Assembly: GCA_040954595.2 (NCBI GenBank)
Contig: CM082576.2
Location: 2,578,760-2,642,759 of the forward strand
Reading direction: 5' to 3'
Length of the DNA stretch: 64,000 nt
DNA from: Balanoglossus misakiensis
Taxonomy: Eukaryota; Animalia; Hemichordata
Made by a program: the position numbers and the translations under genes. Below, piece after piece: positions 40,201-53,811 of the stretch (position 1 is the first letter of the stretch; every line of letters starts with the position of its first letter). The notes under the pieces are model-generated. The model made no database searches and was not told the DNA's origin. It saw only the letters and a list, made by a program, of their open reading frames with translations.

Positions 40201-41688
40201 GACTGAAAGGGGGGGACTTGAAAACTTTGACGACTAAATATTTATTTTGAGTCCACAAAAATGCAGTTTCGCGCCCTTTATTTTACAAAATTTTCTAATG
40301 TGGGAGGGGGACACCCCCTCCCACACCCACCCCCTCCATTCATCAACACCTTTCAATCATTGACTGGTTTATCTAGTGTCCCAGGTCAGGGGACTTGCCC
40401 CCACCCCATGATAACTTTGAGCGGCGGCGGTTAAATTTGTCCTCCCCAACATACCGGTAGTTGAGTTAAATGTGCTTTTGCCAGGTTCATTAAAATGCAG
40501 CTTTGAGCTCTGCATTTTATAAAATTTTCTTACGTGGGAGGGGGACACCCCCTCCCAAACCCACCCCCTTCAATTCTTGGTTTACAATGTCTCCCAACAC
40601 AGAGTACAGATACTTAAAAAATAAATAAATAAAAAAAATAAAAAAATAAAAACAATGTTCAGTTTTAATACCCACTGATGAGGGGAAACATCAGTTTCAA
40701 ATTCTTTTCATGGAAGCGCTGTTTTTCTTTTTTACAAGATAGATTGGTGATGTGTTTTGCTGTGTGAAAGAAAATGGGGGGGGGGATTTGAAAATTTTAG
40801 CAGTTCGGAAGGGGGGGATTTGAAAATATTTTGGGTTGTTGAGGGGGGCATGTGAAAATTAACGGTAAAAAAAATTGAATTCTCCCGCCCCCCCCTCCAG
40901 AGGTGTTTGTGAATGCAGCCTAAGAACATCTCCATCAGATTGCATGCTCCTATTTTCAGTTTTATGCATGGGATCTCTTTTCTTTTGTCCCAAGGTTGAA
41001 TTTCCTTGTTGAAAAAAGTGTTGACAGCCATGGTGGAACGTAGAAGTGTGCTCCAGGCATTGGTGTCACTGTACCATGAAGTTTAAAGAACAATTCTTGA
41101 CTGTTTCCTTCCCCACAGGTTGGACCCTACGTCCCTTTAGTGATGGGCAGCGAACCCAGTTTTTATGTGGATTCAGGACCACCAACTCATGCGTTTTATC
41201 CTTGTGGTCATGTGAGCTCAGAAAAAACAGTCAGGTAAGATTGAATTGTGTGTGTGTGGCCAGGACTAAGCATTTATTTCCTGAGAGGCCACAAAAAATC
41301 TTTAATGACAATTAAATCTCTGACTGTAACCTTAATGTTTTTAGTGTACAGTAATCAGTCAGAGAAATGAGGTACGGCTTCGTTTCACCCTAACAGGGTT
41401 TCTAAAGATCTGATTGGTCATGCCATGGTTATCACATAGATACTAGACCGTTTCAAAGCATCCCATTCTTTGTAATAGCACCATGGTTGATTGTTTATTA
41501 TTGTCAAAATACAAAATGAGAAATCATACTCTATGATACTAAATTTTGTATTTCCTTGCAGGTTTTGGTCTCAGGTACCATTGCCACACGGAACCCATGG
41601 TTTTCAAGCCACCTGTCCGTTCTGTGCTACACCTCTCGCCGGAGAACAGGGCTTTATCAAATTGCTATTTCAACAATCAGACGATTGA
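28224..41688 (+). CDS. PELI: E3 ubiquitin ligase Pellino; exons 28224-28231, 33375-33500, 33657-33786, 36935-37036, 37394-37591, 39062-39253, 39363-39461, 39579-39707, 39955-40077, 41119-41234, 41562-41688
   Basis: Hallmark Pellino sequences: KYGELIVLGYNGSLP, HSVSYTLSRNHTVVVEY..DMFQ, STISRFACRI, RIYAAGFD, DGLTTNGVL, DGTLVDLCGATLLWR, RPQCPVGL, CGHVHG, CPLCR, CGHV, LPHGTHGFQATCPFC. Splice phases are all consistent. The 8-nt first coding exon (ATG CCA CT|gtaagt) is less certain than the rest. Confidence 0.95.
32447..32469. repeat. (GA)n microsatellite in Pellino intron 1
   Basis: Run of ~11 GA units. Confidence 0.85.
40098..40920. mobile_element. PIF/Harbinger-type MITE in a Pellino intron
   Basis: TAA|GGCTGCATTCACAAACACCTCTGGAGGGGGGG.. 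... ..CCCCCCCTCCAGAGGTGTTTGTGAATGCAGCC|TAA: ~45-bp TIR, 3-bp TAA TSD, GGC..GCC ends, repeated G7-8ATTTGAAA subterminal motifs, no ORF. Confidence 0.9.
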
Positions 41689-44600
41689 AGAACAAAACTG
41701 CTGAACATTTTCAACAAAGCTTCACACATCGTCACACACATCGTCAAATCACACGTCATTGTGAATATTTACTGTTTTTTTTTTCACCAGTAGACATTGA
41801 TGTATATTTCAGTCAGTGGTTTGGTTGTTTGTGTGTGTGTATGTTTACAGATTGTGGCAGCCATCTTTCACTTTCTACTTACCTTGCCTTTGGTCAGATT
41901 TGACATTATTGTCCAGATGACCTCTCGCTTGATGCACAAGCACGGAGCTTCCCGTATTTTCACATGACACAGACATTCTTATAAAAATCCATGGTGGCTC
42001 ATTAATCTACAGAATGGTTCTACGTAATGAGAATGCCAGTTGCTAGTAAAAGTTGGTGGTGTTTTAAGAAAGTTTTTAAGATTTTCATAACGTATTAGTG
42101 TTGGTGTGCATTATCTACATATTAATGTTCATTTCATACAGTCGGATAAAATCTATGATGTCACAACTCGCATTTTATTACCTTACATGTATATGCTGCT
42201 GATGACCACATTTTCATATTGCAGTATTGAATGAATTTTAATGCAAAAAATATTCACAAGGAACAGATGGACTAGTATTTGCAAATTAATGGTCTCAGTT
42301 TGATATCTAATTTTTGTTCCTTCTACCAGGATTACCAGTTGTTATTTACTATCATTTTTTTTTCCGTTTAAAAAATGAACCTTGCGTAATCTCATGTGTC
42401 ACTTAAAAGAAAAACTTACATGGTCAGAGTTATGTGTGCCATTTTATAAACGTTTTAATTTATATCGACACTGATGCTGATGTTCAAGATTTCATTCATT
42501 TTGGGGGGAAAAACAAGCCAAGATATCCATGTCTGGTGTGTATCATTCTAGATTTATTTATATATATTATAATTATTCTAAAAATAGATTCTGTTGACTC
42601 GACAATTTAATGGCTGTATTGATATCACATGTTCCTGGCTACATGAGCCCTGCAGACAATGCATGATGACAAGTCATCTTTTCTTTGGCAGCTACGTTCT
42701 CTTTCTCCAACCTTGTCTAAGATTATGAGAGAAAATCACGGCTTTTATTCTATTTTTGTACGCACTATGGGGTAGGCAAGTAAGCTGTCAATTAGAATTG
42801 TCATACAAACATTTTCTTCTTTCACACAGAAACTACAAACACTTTCAATGTTGTGTTGTCATGCTGGGGCTGATGGGAGGATGTGTTAGTTTTGTACTCT
42901 GATGGTTTAATGTGCAGATGTCGTGATGTCCAGCGTCAATTTCTTTTACTTTGAGAAATGTACATTCGCTCTTCCCCCCAAGGTTTGTTTTAATGCACTA
43001 CCAGTTGCACGGTGGCCGCATTGTTTGTATCGGTGAAGTATACGTCTTTTTCTGAGTGACTTTTTTTTTCTGATTTCCCTGTTGTCATTCCAATATTTTG
43101 ATGGTATATGTGAATATATAAGTAGGTTGTTGACATTCAAGAAGTGTTTATATTTCCTTGGAATCTTTTTTTTTCAGTAGAATTTAGCACCATCACATAA
43201 TGTAAATTGAAAATGTGCTTGTTTTTTTTCTTGTTTTTCACATTGTATAAAGTTCATTATTTATGGCAAGTTTTTATATCTTTAAAAAGTTTACATGCTG
43301 CTGTTTCATGATACCTGCATTGCTTTATAAAGTAAATGGATTAATTTTTAGCAGTCGTGTAAGTAATGCTGGATATTATAATATAAAATGGAACAAAATG
43401 TAGGAATGTTTAAAGTTACATCTACAACTCACGATGGTTTTAATATGACTGTTCTGCAGTGGTTTGTGAGCATTGGCAGAAAATGATGAGTATCAGCAAC
43501 ATCTGATGGGAAACTTGTCTTCTGTGTGTCATATACACTGTCTGGAGGAACATCATTAAAGAGTGCACTGTATCTTGTGTGTTCCCAAGCTGCCTTGCTC
43601 CCAGCAGCAATTGTGTGATGTGTCAAATGTCCATGCAGACATTGCCATGGTGACAAAGCATTCCCATGGCGACAGTATCGGATGTCAGTTGGAACTCAGA
43701 CTCAGAAAATGACATTTTAACCAACACAGTACAGTAACCAGACAGTAACTTTCTTACAATGAGACAGTCCGTTGATATCAGTAGGCCAGAATCTACTAAA
43801 TGTGTCATGAGTAAAGGACCTTGAAAAAAATACGCCTTCACTTAATTTGCAATTAGCAATTTTTATGTGCAACTGTCATCTTCTGAGCTGTTACATCACA
43901 ACAGCAGCACAAAACAGAACAAAATTGGAATTTCACTGCAGCAGGTAGTACGTTGAGAGTGTATCACAATGGAGCTCTGAGCAGCCTCACCAATTTGTGC
44001 GTAATGACTCATCCATTTCGAGATGCATATTACCATGTGAAATCATTCAGAGATGCACACAGGGATCCTGAGTATTGTCAGCGATTCTTGCCTCACAAAG
44101 GTCTCACCATCAGTTCAACATACCGTATCTAATTGTGTCTGTGTGGGGATGGTGTCATTGCAGTCTGATTGCTGCATGCACAAATGGCTCTCTCTCTCGT
44201 TTGTGCCTGATGGTGTTATATATTCAGTGTATCGACCGGCAGTGCTAATGAGCGGACTGGGACTTGCCCAGTTCATTCTGGAAGTGATGTTAGATGTAAT
44301 TCTGATCCTTCCATGGCAGTCTGATGACATCTGTCAAATGTGGGCAACCGACTGAAAATAAGTCAAGATTGACCCCGATCTCCCTGCCCCATTTCTCATT
44401 GATCCCCACAAGGATTTTAGCTGATGCACACATGCAGTCGCCTTCATGCCGTTTTAATCTAACTAATTTGCTCTCTGATTTTAACCTTGATTATTGTCGC
44501 AAATTAACATGGTCACATGGTAGGCTTTGGTGTGTCTGCCAACTCCTCATCTCTGTTGTTGTATTGTACCTTGAACTCTGGCCTCTGAACTTGACTATGG

Positions 44601-46980
44601 TTGACACCTTCAGCACAGCACTGATGCGACATTGCTTTTAGTTGCTTGTCACCTTGGTGACAATGTGTGAACACAGATTGTATGGCACCTGCATAAATTA
44701 AACCTTTGTAGCTGTGCATGTAGTAGAGGGATGAACTTCTTTAGGAATGGACAATATTTATGATGAAAAATGCACTGCACTTTATGTGTGTTGATGGTAG
44801 CTTGCACATTTTAATGTATTACTGCTTCTTTTTTGTAATAAAAGTGAATGAAGAAATGCAGTTTCCCCAAAAATATTATATATATACAAAATTGTAATGT
44901 AAATTTGTGTCAAGATTTCTTATGCTGGTTCTCATTGTCAATAGTCTTAAGTTATTTAATAAGTGAAAATTTTCAGAGAATTTAGAAGTTTCCTCATAAA
45001 TGCTTGGGGGAAAGTTATGGCAAAGTTGAATACTGTGTTGGATTAGGAATTTGGATTTTTCTGGAAAAAGAGAACATTATGTGCTGTTGATATTTTGGTA
45101 TCAATACAGAGTGAACAAATTGCATAAAATAAACCAACACTTGTAGCAGAACATAAATTCTTTGTGAGAATTTTTTTTTTTCAATTTTCCCAGAAAATTG
45201 AGCTTTATAGTCTCTGGTGAGACTGAGACATGACTTGTTAGTCAGAGCTTTTTGACAAAGCTTGAAAGATGTGTGCTATGATGGACTTCAAAGGTGTAGC
45301 ATGCACTCTTGAGGAAAGGGCGACTTTTGGAAGTACCGTAGTTGCATTAGGTGTTTGTATGAATTATCATTTAAAAATGTACAATAAAAACATCTTTAGA
45401 AACCCACAGTGAACTGCAAGTTGTGTTTGGTGATGTTATATTTTGTGCAGAGAATGCTCGACTGTGAATTAAGAGTCTTCATTTCCAACAGTGTCTGGAT
45501 CTTGTGGGATGTTGTCTATTGTGAACAGCGCCCTCAACATTGATAGTTGACTATGCCTGGAGGCAGGGGGCAGTCTTGTCTTTTCCATCCATGTTTCATT
45601 TCTGTCCCAGGATATACAACAATCAATAATAATGCTTTGTCTATATGTGATCAAACCATGTAAACCACAATCTTCAAGACTGCAAATTTGCCATGCCTTG
45701 ATCCTTCATGTGGACATTGTTGTGTGGGGCCGTAGAATGTAATGTCACCATTCCAAAGTCTCCTCTTTATCTGAGCATGTAAACACCAGAGTGAAAAATA
45801 ACTTTGATTCAATCAGTTTTGTCCTTGCATGTTTCAGTTTCAGTATACCTTATCTATACACGGCAGTCGTTGATTGATCAGCCACCATATTTGTTCACCC
45901 ACACAATGAACTATGAGACTTTTGGGAACTCGCAGTATACCGAGAGGGGACAGAGGGGCTGTTTCAGGAACTCTTCTGTACAAGACGTATTGACTATTGC
46001 TCAGTTCTACTTCACGACGGGGGCCATGCACATCTGTAATAAAATGCAAGTGTCCAGTATTTCCAACGCAATAATGACAACCCACACTTCTTTGTTGTAA
46101 ATTGGAAATTTTTAATATCCTTTTATCAACCATACACATGTACAAAAAATAGCCTACTGTACACATTACGATAGTGCAAGGAAATAATATTTACAAAAGT
46201 GGGATTCTTTACATTTCACTATATACATAAAACATCCCTGTACTCCTTCAGCATTCAGTTCATTTTCTATTCATTGCACTGGTGGCATTTCCCCATTTTG
46301 ACATTTTTGCAAGTTGTTGAAACCCTGGCCAATGCCGACAGACAAGCCAATTTAACCAAGAAATGACAGACGAACCCTTTTCACTATGTTTTCTGTGATA
46401 ATTGACACAAATGTGCACATACAATGCTATGTTATAACTGCCCAGCAAGAGGCTAACATTGTGAATATAAACATTAAAAGATTTACATCTACACGTGCCT
46501 CTAATGCATGATTTTTTTACAACCATGATCTGTTACATCCTTGAGTATATTCTTTTTTCCATTCAAATAGGTCCAACCCCTAAGAGTTGTTAAACAATAT
46601 GAAACTAGAAGTTGAACAGTGTCAGACAGGCACAAACAGACCATATACAGTGTTCAAATCAACATACAGATGACAAATATTAAAACGAGGTTACAACCAA
46701 CCGTATTTAAATATTTTGAGAAATTATCAGATGAGATAAAATCCAAACGCGTTGAGTTGACCCATGATTAATTTATTATTGATATTATTTTCTCACTGGT
46801 GGGCTAAATTTCTAAAACCGCAGTCACCAGAGTGTTAAAACTTGGTAACTCCACATTCAACCCACACAGGAATTTTGTGGAGTGACAGCGATAACTCTAA
46901 TGGCAGAAATCCATCTGCTTCTTACTGTAGCAAATGTCTCTATCATCTACAGATGAATATAAATATTGTTTGAAAGTTCT

Positions 46981-49900
46981 TCAGTACATGAAGTTGTCCA
47001 AAGTTTTCACGATGTCTTGCTGTCTTGCCTCCTGAATATATTTGTAAGGGACAGAGGCCTCTTGTTGGGTTTTTGGATCACCTGACCTGCAGAGAAGAGA
47101 GATATGTTGTAGCTGTTGACAATGTAACGCCTCCACTCATAATCTGTTTGACCTTTCACCTATGACTCACACTGTCGCAAAGGGTGAGTGACACGCTGTT
47201 GCAATCACATGATTCATCACATTATATCCTCCAACTCAAACAATGATATACGAGAGTTGAAACAAGTGGCTTCAAGATTGTGAAGCAAACTTTTTCGTTA
47301 AGCAGAGCCAGTGAATCACACCTCTCTCTCTCTTACAAAAGACTTTAACGTACCTGTTTCAGAAAGAGTTGCAAGTGACAACCTGTCCAGTCGTGACTTT
47401 TCACAGTTTATACGCTGTGGAATATCAATGGCTGTAGAAGGAAACCAACACAAATTACAAGAAATTAGAAACATATCAAGATAAACTTTCATTAATTACA
47501 CTAGAATTGCATGTATATGAATCCAAAATATTTTCCTTACAGAGGCTCAGAGCAAAAACTTTGCTTTATGGACACATGTTCTGACTTGACTTCTTTTCTC
47601 TCAATAAAGACACTTACGTGCATCCACTTCGTCGCCGCCACCAGGGGGTGCGTACATCTGTTCCAAATTGTCTGTACCCTGTCGCGTTGGGTCTGCCTTG
47701 TTGATCTCCTCCACACATGCTTCAATCATGGCGTTCATCATCACAGCCTGTATACAGTGACAATGTTAGTCAGTTACCATAGAAACATGATGTGGCAAAA
47801 GTTATTTGTGAAACCATAAACTTCTCAAACTTAGCTTTCAGAGACCCTGAAATTTTGCATGAAATAAATGTACAATGTATGATCTGATGTGTTTGTTCTC
47901 ACCTGCTTGGAGAAAATTTGCAGGAGTTTACTGACATTTCCGTTCTCCTCTGCATCAAACTGTAACCAGAGACACGAAAGCACAGATGCAGACGTGTTCT
48001 TTGATGATTGCTTGGTGGGCTCTGTGTACTCCCAGGAAAGATCGTCGAAGCCGAGGGATAGCAGTAAATCCTGGAAAACGAAACAGAAATGAAGTTGTTT
48101 AGTCCATTGAACATGCTGCTTAATGTTAAATGGCTGTGGTTATTACATGTAGCTTGAAACTTGTTTGTCTTTAAAATTTGAGGTTCTTTGTTTTTATTCT
48201 CTCCAAGCTGCAGCAACACCACCATTACTGTGGAAAGCTGAGTACAGAGGTCAAATTTCTCAACAGTTCATATTTCAGTAACGCAACCAGGAACTTCAAC
48301 TGTTGATACTTACACATTTGCCAATGTCTATGATGAAGACGCCCTCTCTGTTTATGGCCACGTAGACGGGTCTATCATGGTTGTCTCGCACGCTTCTGCC
48401 CTGCACCCGTTTCTCAATTTGACCCGTGAAAAATACACTCCTGCAAAATTGCACGATAGGGATTAGAGTTGGCAACATGACGAATTTTTTACATAAATGT
48501 AACTACTTTAAAGTAGTTACATTTATTAAAAATATCTACTTCATTTTCACACTTATCTCCCAGTGAGCTAAAATGTGGTAGGTGTCAATCTTTCTGTATA
48601 ATGCAAGCATAATCTGGTGTACACTCACCCATAGAAAGGAAATGACCAGCACGTTTCTAGAAATATTCTTTTGTAATGGTCGTCGCTGGTGTTGTGTCCT
48701 GAAAGCCTCTTGTAAGATTCAATGATTCGATACTCAGCTGTCGTCTTTGATGACACTGGCAGCGACCATGATGTCTTGCAGAAATGTGCCGGGTAAAAAC
48801 TTCCAAGTCTTTCTCTGTTTCAATGATAAAATAATTACGAATGAAAAATTACTTGCAGATGCAAATAACTAATGGCTGTGTAACAACATATGCGTGAGGC
48901 TGTGGTTCAGAGTTTTGCATTGCTGGAATACTCCGACGTGTTAAACTATTTGGAGTCTAAATTATTTTATGCATTGGTCAGCAAGGAGGAAACCATAACA
49001 TAGTATAGCGACTACTCCCTGTAACAGTATCCTTAATATCTCATATTCAAAAAGTTTGATGGCACACAGATGAATCCCACTGTGCTTGACTTTAATGCCA
49101 AGAGATAGGGCTTCATAACCTAGAAAACAGATCTGAATGCATGGTGGCAGTGGTTTTGAATGTTTGCCAAGAGACGTGTCAAGACCCCCATACAGCTCTA
49201 GGATATCGGATAGGATATACATGTATGCTGATTTTTCCACGTACACACATCAGTCAGTTTGTGGGGTTGGAAGTTTTTGACTGGATGTTGTGAATCGTTT
49301 TTCAGATTTTATGACTGTACTTTGCGCATAAAGACGACTAACATCTGAGGCTGACTCACTTGAAGAATGTTGGAGTGTGCGTATTTATATTGAACGGCCC
49401 CAGTTCAATTCTTGCAAGATATCCTGCCAGTTCATCATACTTTTCGCAGGTGCACGGATAATATCCTTCTAAGAGATTGTCTCTTGCTTCTTGGTATAGT
49501 CTTTCCAAGACCTTGTCATTCGTGATCTGAAATGGATACGTAGAATTGTCAAAGGGCGTGTCTAGCATGGGTAAACATGAAGTTCAAGGAAAGCTATGTT
49601 TATTGTAACACCTGAAGTTTAGCCACTTTCGCTTTCACAAGAAATCTGGCGCTGGAGAATTTCGACAACTTGCTTGAATAATGGTTAATCTACTAACACC
49701 ATTTCAGCCATTTTGTACACAAAAATGCAAAGTAAAATTTGTAGCAGTTGTACGACAAAGATTTCTATAGGACAGTTGTTGTGCTTTGATGACAGTCACC
49801 AAACCGGATTGACATAACATACAGAGGTATAAATGCAGTGTAGCTGTAACGTAATTAAGGGGTTTTCCCCAAAAAACAGGTGTACGGGGGAAAAGTGTGT

Positions 49901-52900
49901 GCCAAGGTCACTGAATCCTTTTGATGAGGACAGAAGACAAAAGGAAACAAGAATAGAACCCCATCAGGCACAAAGCATAGGAGGAAGTCAAAACACTTTT
50001 CAACAAGACTGCAATACACAGATAACTGGAACTCAGTGGTGGGGTACATTTCTAAGTAAACATACATGTACACACTGAAAGCAAGCGTGGGGAATTTTAC
50101 ATTGAAATCAAAAGGTCACTCAACATAAATTATTGTTTTATGATTATTTGGGGAAAAACAAATGAATTATGGTCGGTTCCGAACAACTGTTGAACTGCAG
50201 GTCAAGATAAAGCTGATTTTCAATTAGTTTTGAAGTAAACCGAGCAAACAAGGCAATTAAACTTTTTTTTGCAGCAAGCACAGAGTATGAGTGGCCTGGC
50301 ATGACTTTCAATAGTTGGCTGTGTGTCAATAGCTAGAGGGGAATTTGAGAAGCTAAAGGCGAATTTGAGATAACTGGATGTGTAATCAATGCCATATGAG
50401 GCAAGTGTGGTATTTTGCTGTTTGGGTTAAATGGCGGTAATCCGTGGAAATCTTACTGGGGGAGTTCCTTGGTCATTTTACATGGGTTCCCCACTCATGC
50501 CAAGAAATCTTGGAAACTACAGTGATGTTACTACTTTGTATATGTTGTCAAACTTCTGAAATCAATACTTCAGTAAACTTTATTCCGATAGCATGGCCAT
50601 TTAGACAATTATACGTACGGTAATATATAAAAAGTTTTGCCTGTAAATTATTTTTCAAATGGATGATAAGGCTAAACATGGATTAAGAAAGTGCAATGAC
50701 ATTTCCATTGTTGATTCACACTATAGAAAGCACACAGGATTCAACTGAGACAGACTATGACTGTGTGTTTTGACTTACCCGTTTTTCTCTGTTTTTGGGA
50801 AAGAAAGCATTTCGCTGGTAGCACAGAACAGGTTCATCTGAAGGAAAAAAAACAGACAGGAAATTCAAAGAGAAAGTCAATGCCTGTTTAAAATTTACCT
50901 TCGTTGTTGTTTCCTGGAATCAAAAGTGTCAACAAGGAGTTTAACTAGCCAAACAATGGATGGCCACCAAAGCTTTTACTTCTTGTACGAAAATCTTCCC
51001 CTGAAGGAGGAAATGAGGGGGCTTGCTCACAATATCTAAATTGATGGCTAATCTCTTCAAGTGATAATTCCTTTTCCTCCAAAATCCTGTGATGAGTTGT
51101 TCCTATTAAACAGAAAACCCAGTGTAATGGGTACAGGAAATTCAACCCAGGATTGGCCTATCCACCTTGACCCCAAGAGGAAAAACACATGACATCACAA
51201 GACAAGTGGACAGAACGGTTCACCGCTCTCAGAAATTGTGGCTGTCATTTGTAGCAATGGCATGTGATCTCTCCACAAGAAGGGTTGTGTCTTCTAAAAT
51301 ATCAAAAATATTGACAAATGATGGCAATTTTGTCCTCATAATTTCTTTTATATAATTTTCTTTAGAAAATAAGTAACATATGTTTTTTGTAATGTTTTAT
51401 GCATTACAATAAGAGCTTTTCTATCAAGGTTATATTGCAATGATAAATTTGCACGAATATGACACAAAATGGTTGGTATCAGTTACAAGGCCACAATTTG
51501 TCCTTCACTCGGCTAGTAGTTATCTTTGCATTTGAGAGATAAAATACAACATATGACTAAGAAATTAAACACTTACAACCCAAATAAATAAATAAAACAC
51601 CAACGATTTGACAATCAATCTTAATTCTCACACTGAAACTTGATTTATGTTGGTGGTTAATTGGCCTGAATCACTGGGACACCAAAGAATGGTCTTTTAT
51701 TTCATTTCTGTCCTCTCAGTGGGTGTGACATTTCTAATGACGGCGAAAGGTCAGGTGATATTATTATGCAAATGAGAGACACATAAATAACAGTGTGTCG
51801 TGATCTTTCAGAGGCTTCACGCTCGTCTATGCAAGTACTATTTAAACACAGTGACCATTCAATCTCAACAGCCAAACAAATTAGGTATTTCAAGCCTTAC
51901 AAATTTTTAAAGTGAATTTATCAAGGTTCACCTTGAATTTTTTTCTGAGAGAGACACTGAATTTTCATTTATTTCTACTTGGAAGAAATTAGTGTAAAAT
52001 CATGGCAGGAGAATTAGACCTTGTGTACAGATGTGTAAATATAAATATTTGTACCTCTGTTTTTCTGATCCTCTGTTGCGGAGGTGAATCGATCCAGTAG
52101 GTCTGGCCACTGCCTGTACAGCTTGTACGGGACATGATGTGGTTTCAACTGTAATTCTGTAACCAAAGGAAACATCAAATTGACATTTATTCAAGAAAAA
52201 TGCATTTTTGGTGTATACAGTATCAAGAGCCAAGGACTGAAAGAAAAACATATGGAAATGTTGATAAACAAAAATTAATGATTTCCATGTATTAGGGCTT
52301 GTGTTATCCGGGATCATCAGGGTCAGCTCTATACATGTAAACCACTTGACGCACACTGCTCTGTAGGTATTTTGAGTAGAGTGGAGACTATTTTAGCAAA
52401 TGACCTCAAAACAACAACTGGTTTACTGCTGGTTTCACAAGAATCAAGCCATTTATAGTTTCATACGTAGTGTTCGATGTTCGGAAAATTACAGCTTCCC
52501 TCAGTAGAACAAAAATGTTTTCTTTGTTCTTGCTTATTGCATGCAGACAGACAGTTGCCCTTGGGGGGAACAATTTAAACATAGAACTCATGCACATGTA
52601 TCCTGTTTTGATATTGCATGCCAGGTGGTCAAACGTCACATTTCACCTTAGCCAGGCACCTGTTGCACAGCTGTTTGAAGGAGCCAACCAGAGACCAACT
52701 TATGAGAACTCAGGTTATCACCATGCTTTGTCAGTTGTTGTTTTTTCAAATTTACTATCTGAGAATTTGATTGGCTACAAGCCCCAAAACATATTCAATG
52801 AAATCCTTCATGCAAGAGTTGCACTTGGGTGTGTCACATCCAGAAACAGAAACCACAGGTTCTTATTTTAGATAAGACTTATTTCCAAATGTACAAAACC

Positions 52901-53811
52901 ACTCACGAATGACTCAAGGAAGTAATGCATACTTACTCAGTAAAGGGGAAGTCAACCACAGACAAAACAAGTCCTTTGACAGCTCCTCGGGCAGGTCCAG
53001 ACTGTCACGTATCAATTTGCACAACTCCTGAGCTGTGGCACGTTTTCCACCTTCCACAGTGAATTCATGGCCAGTGCCACCACAGAGAAATATACACACA
53101 TCCAGACCTGAAATCAGAAAAGGGTTCAGGTTTCAGTGCTTTCAGGAAGAAGACTGTGACATTTTTTCCACCCCTCTCAGCGAGAGTTTGGCGTAACCCC
53201 AAGTGTTTTCAAGAGCCCAGTTGGACCCACAAATTGGAAACTGGGGGTTTAAGGGTTATATGCAGTATTGTCCCATATCTGACATTATCAGACAATAGCC
53301 ATACATATTTGAAGCTGGTGTATATACCTGCTGACATGTTTACGTCTCTCCTCCTAGGCGCGACTTCTACCAAAGCTTTCAACAATTCCGACACTTTTTA
53401 GACGACAGCTATCACAGTGCGCTACAATGGCGTCTGTCAATTGTGCCTCACTGACTGCACCCCAGCAATACTTGCTGATAAAACCCGTTGGTCGTCACAA
53501 CCTAGCAGCCTGTGATTTATGGCCTCATGTTCTGTTTGTGTTCATTGACCTAGTTGATCAACTTTAAAAAGTCCGAAACCGCACTGCACAGATGGGTCAC
53601 TCATATAAAACCCTGGATGGTACTTACATTTTGACACCGACGATGTGGTGCTGGGAATAGGATAATCCCGACTGCCATGCATTAAGGCATGTGTGATTGG
53701 GGTCTCCGGAGTCAATGCACTGGGACCATACAGCTCTGTTGGCATCTTCAGCTTCGGTTTCACTCCCTTCATCTGATACGAATGCACACCTGCGTCTATC
53801 GGGGTGGACAT
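46981..53811 (-). CDS. FRMD8: FERM domain-containing protein 8 (iTAP); exons 53811-53628, 53107-52937, 52156-52055, 50837-50779, 49526-49360, 48814-48629, 48440-48314, 48070-47903, 47747-47618, 47431-47354, 47086-46981
   Basis: FRMD8-type FERM motifs: [132 protein letters not shown]. Phases are consistent. Probable non-coding first exon ends near 54898. Confidence 0.92.

Noticed and set aside
41689-46980. Short ORFs between Pellino and FRMD8
   Set aside because: AT-rich 3' UTR/intergenic DNA with several polyA signals. No coding signature or RNA gene recognised.
47634-47652. CTCF-like GCCGCCACCAGGGGGTGCG
   Set aside because: Lies within an FRMD8 coding exon (APPGGG) and is explicable by codons.
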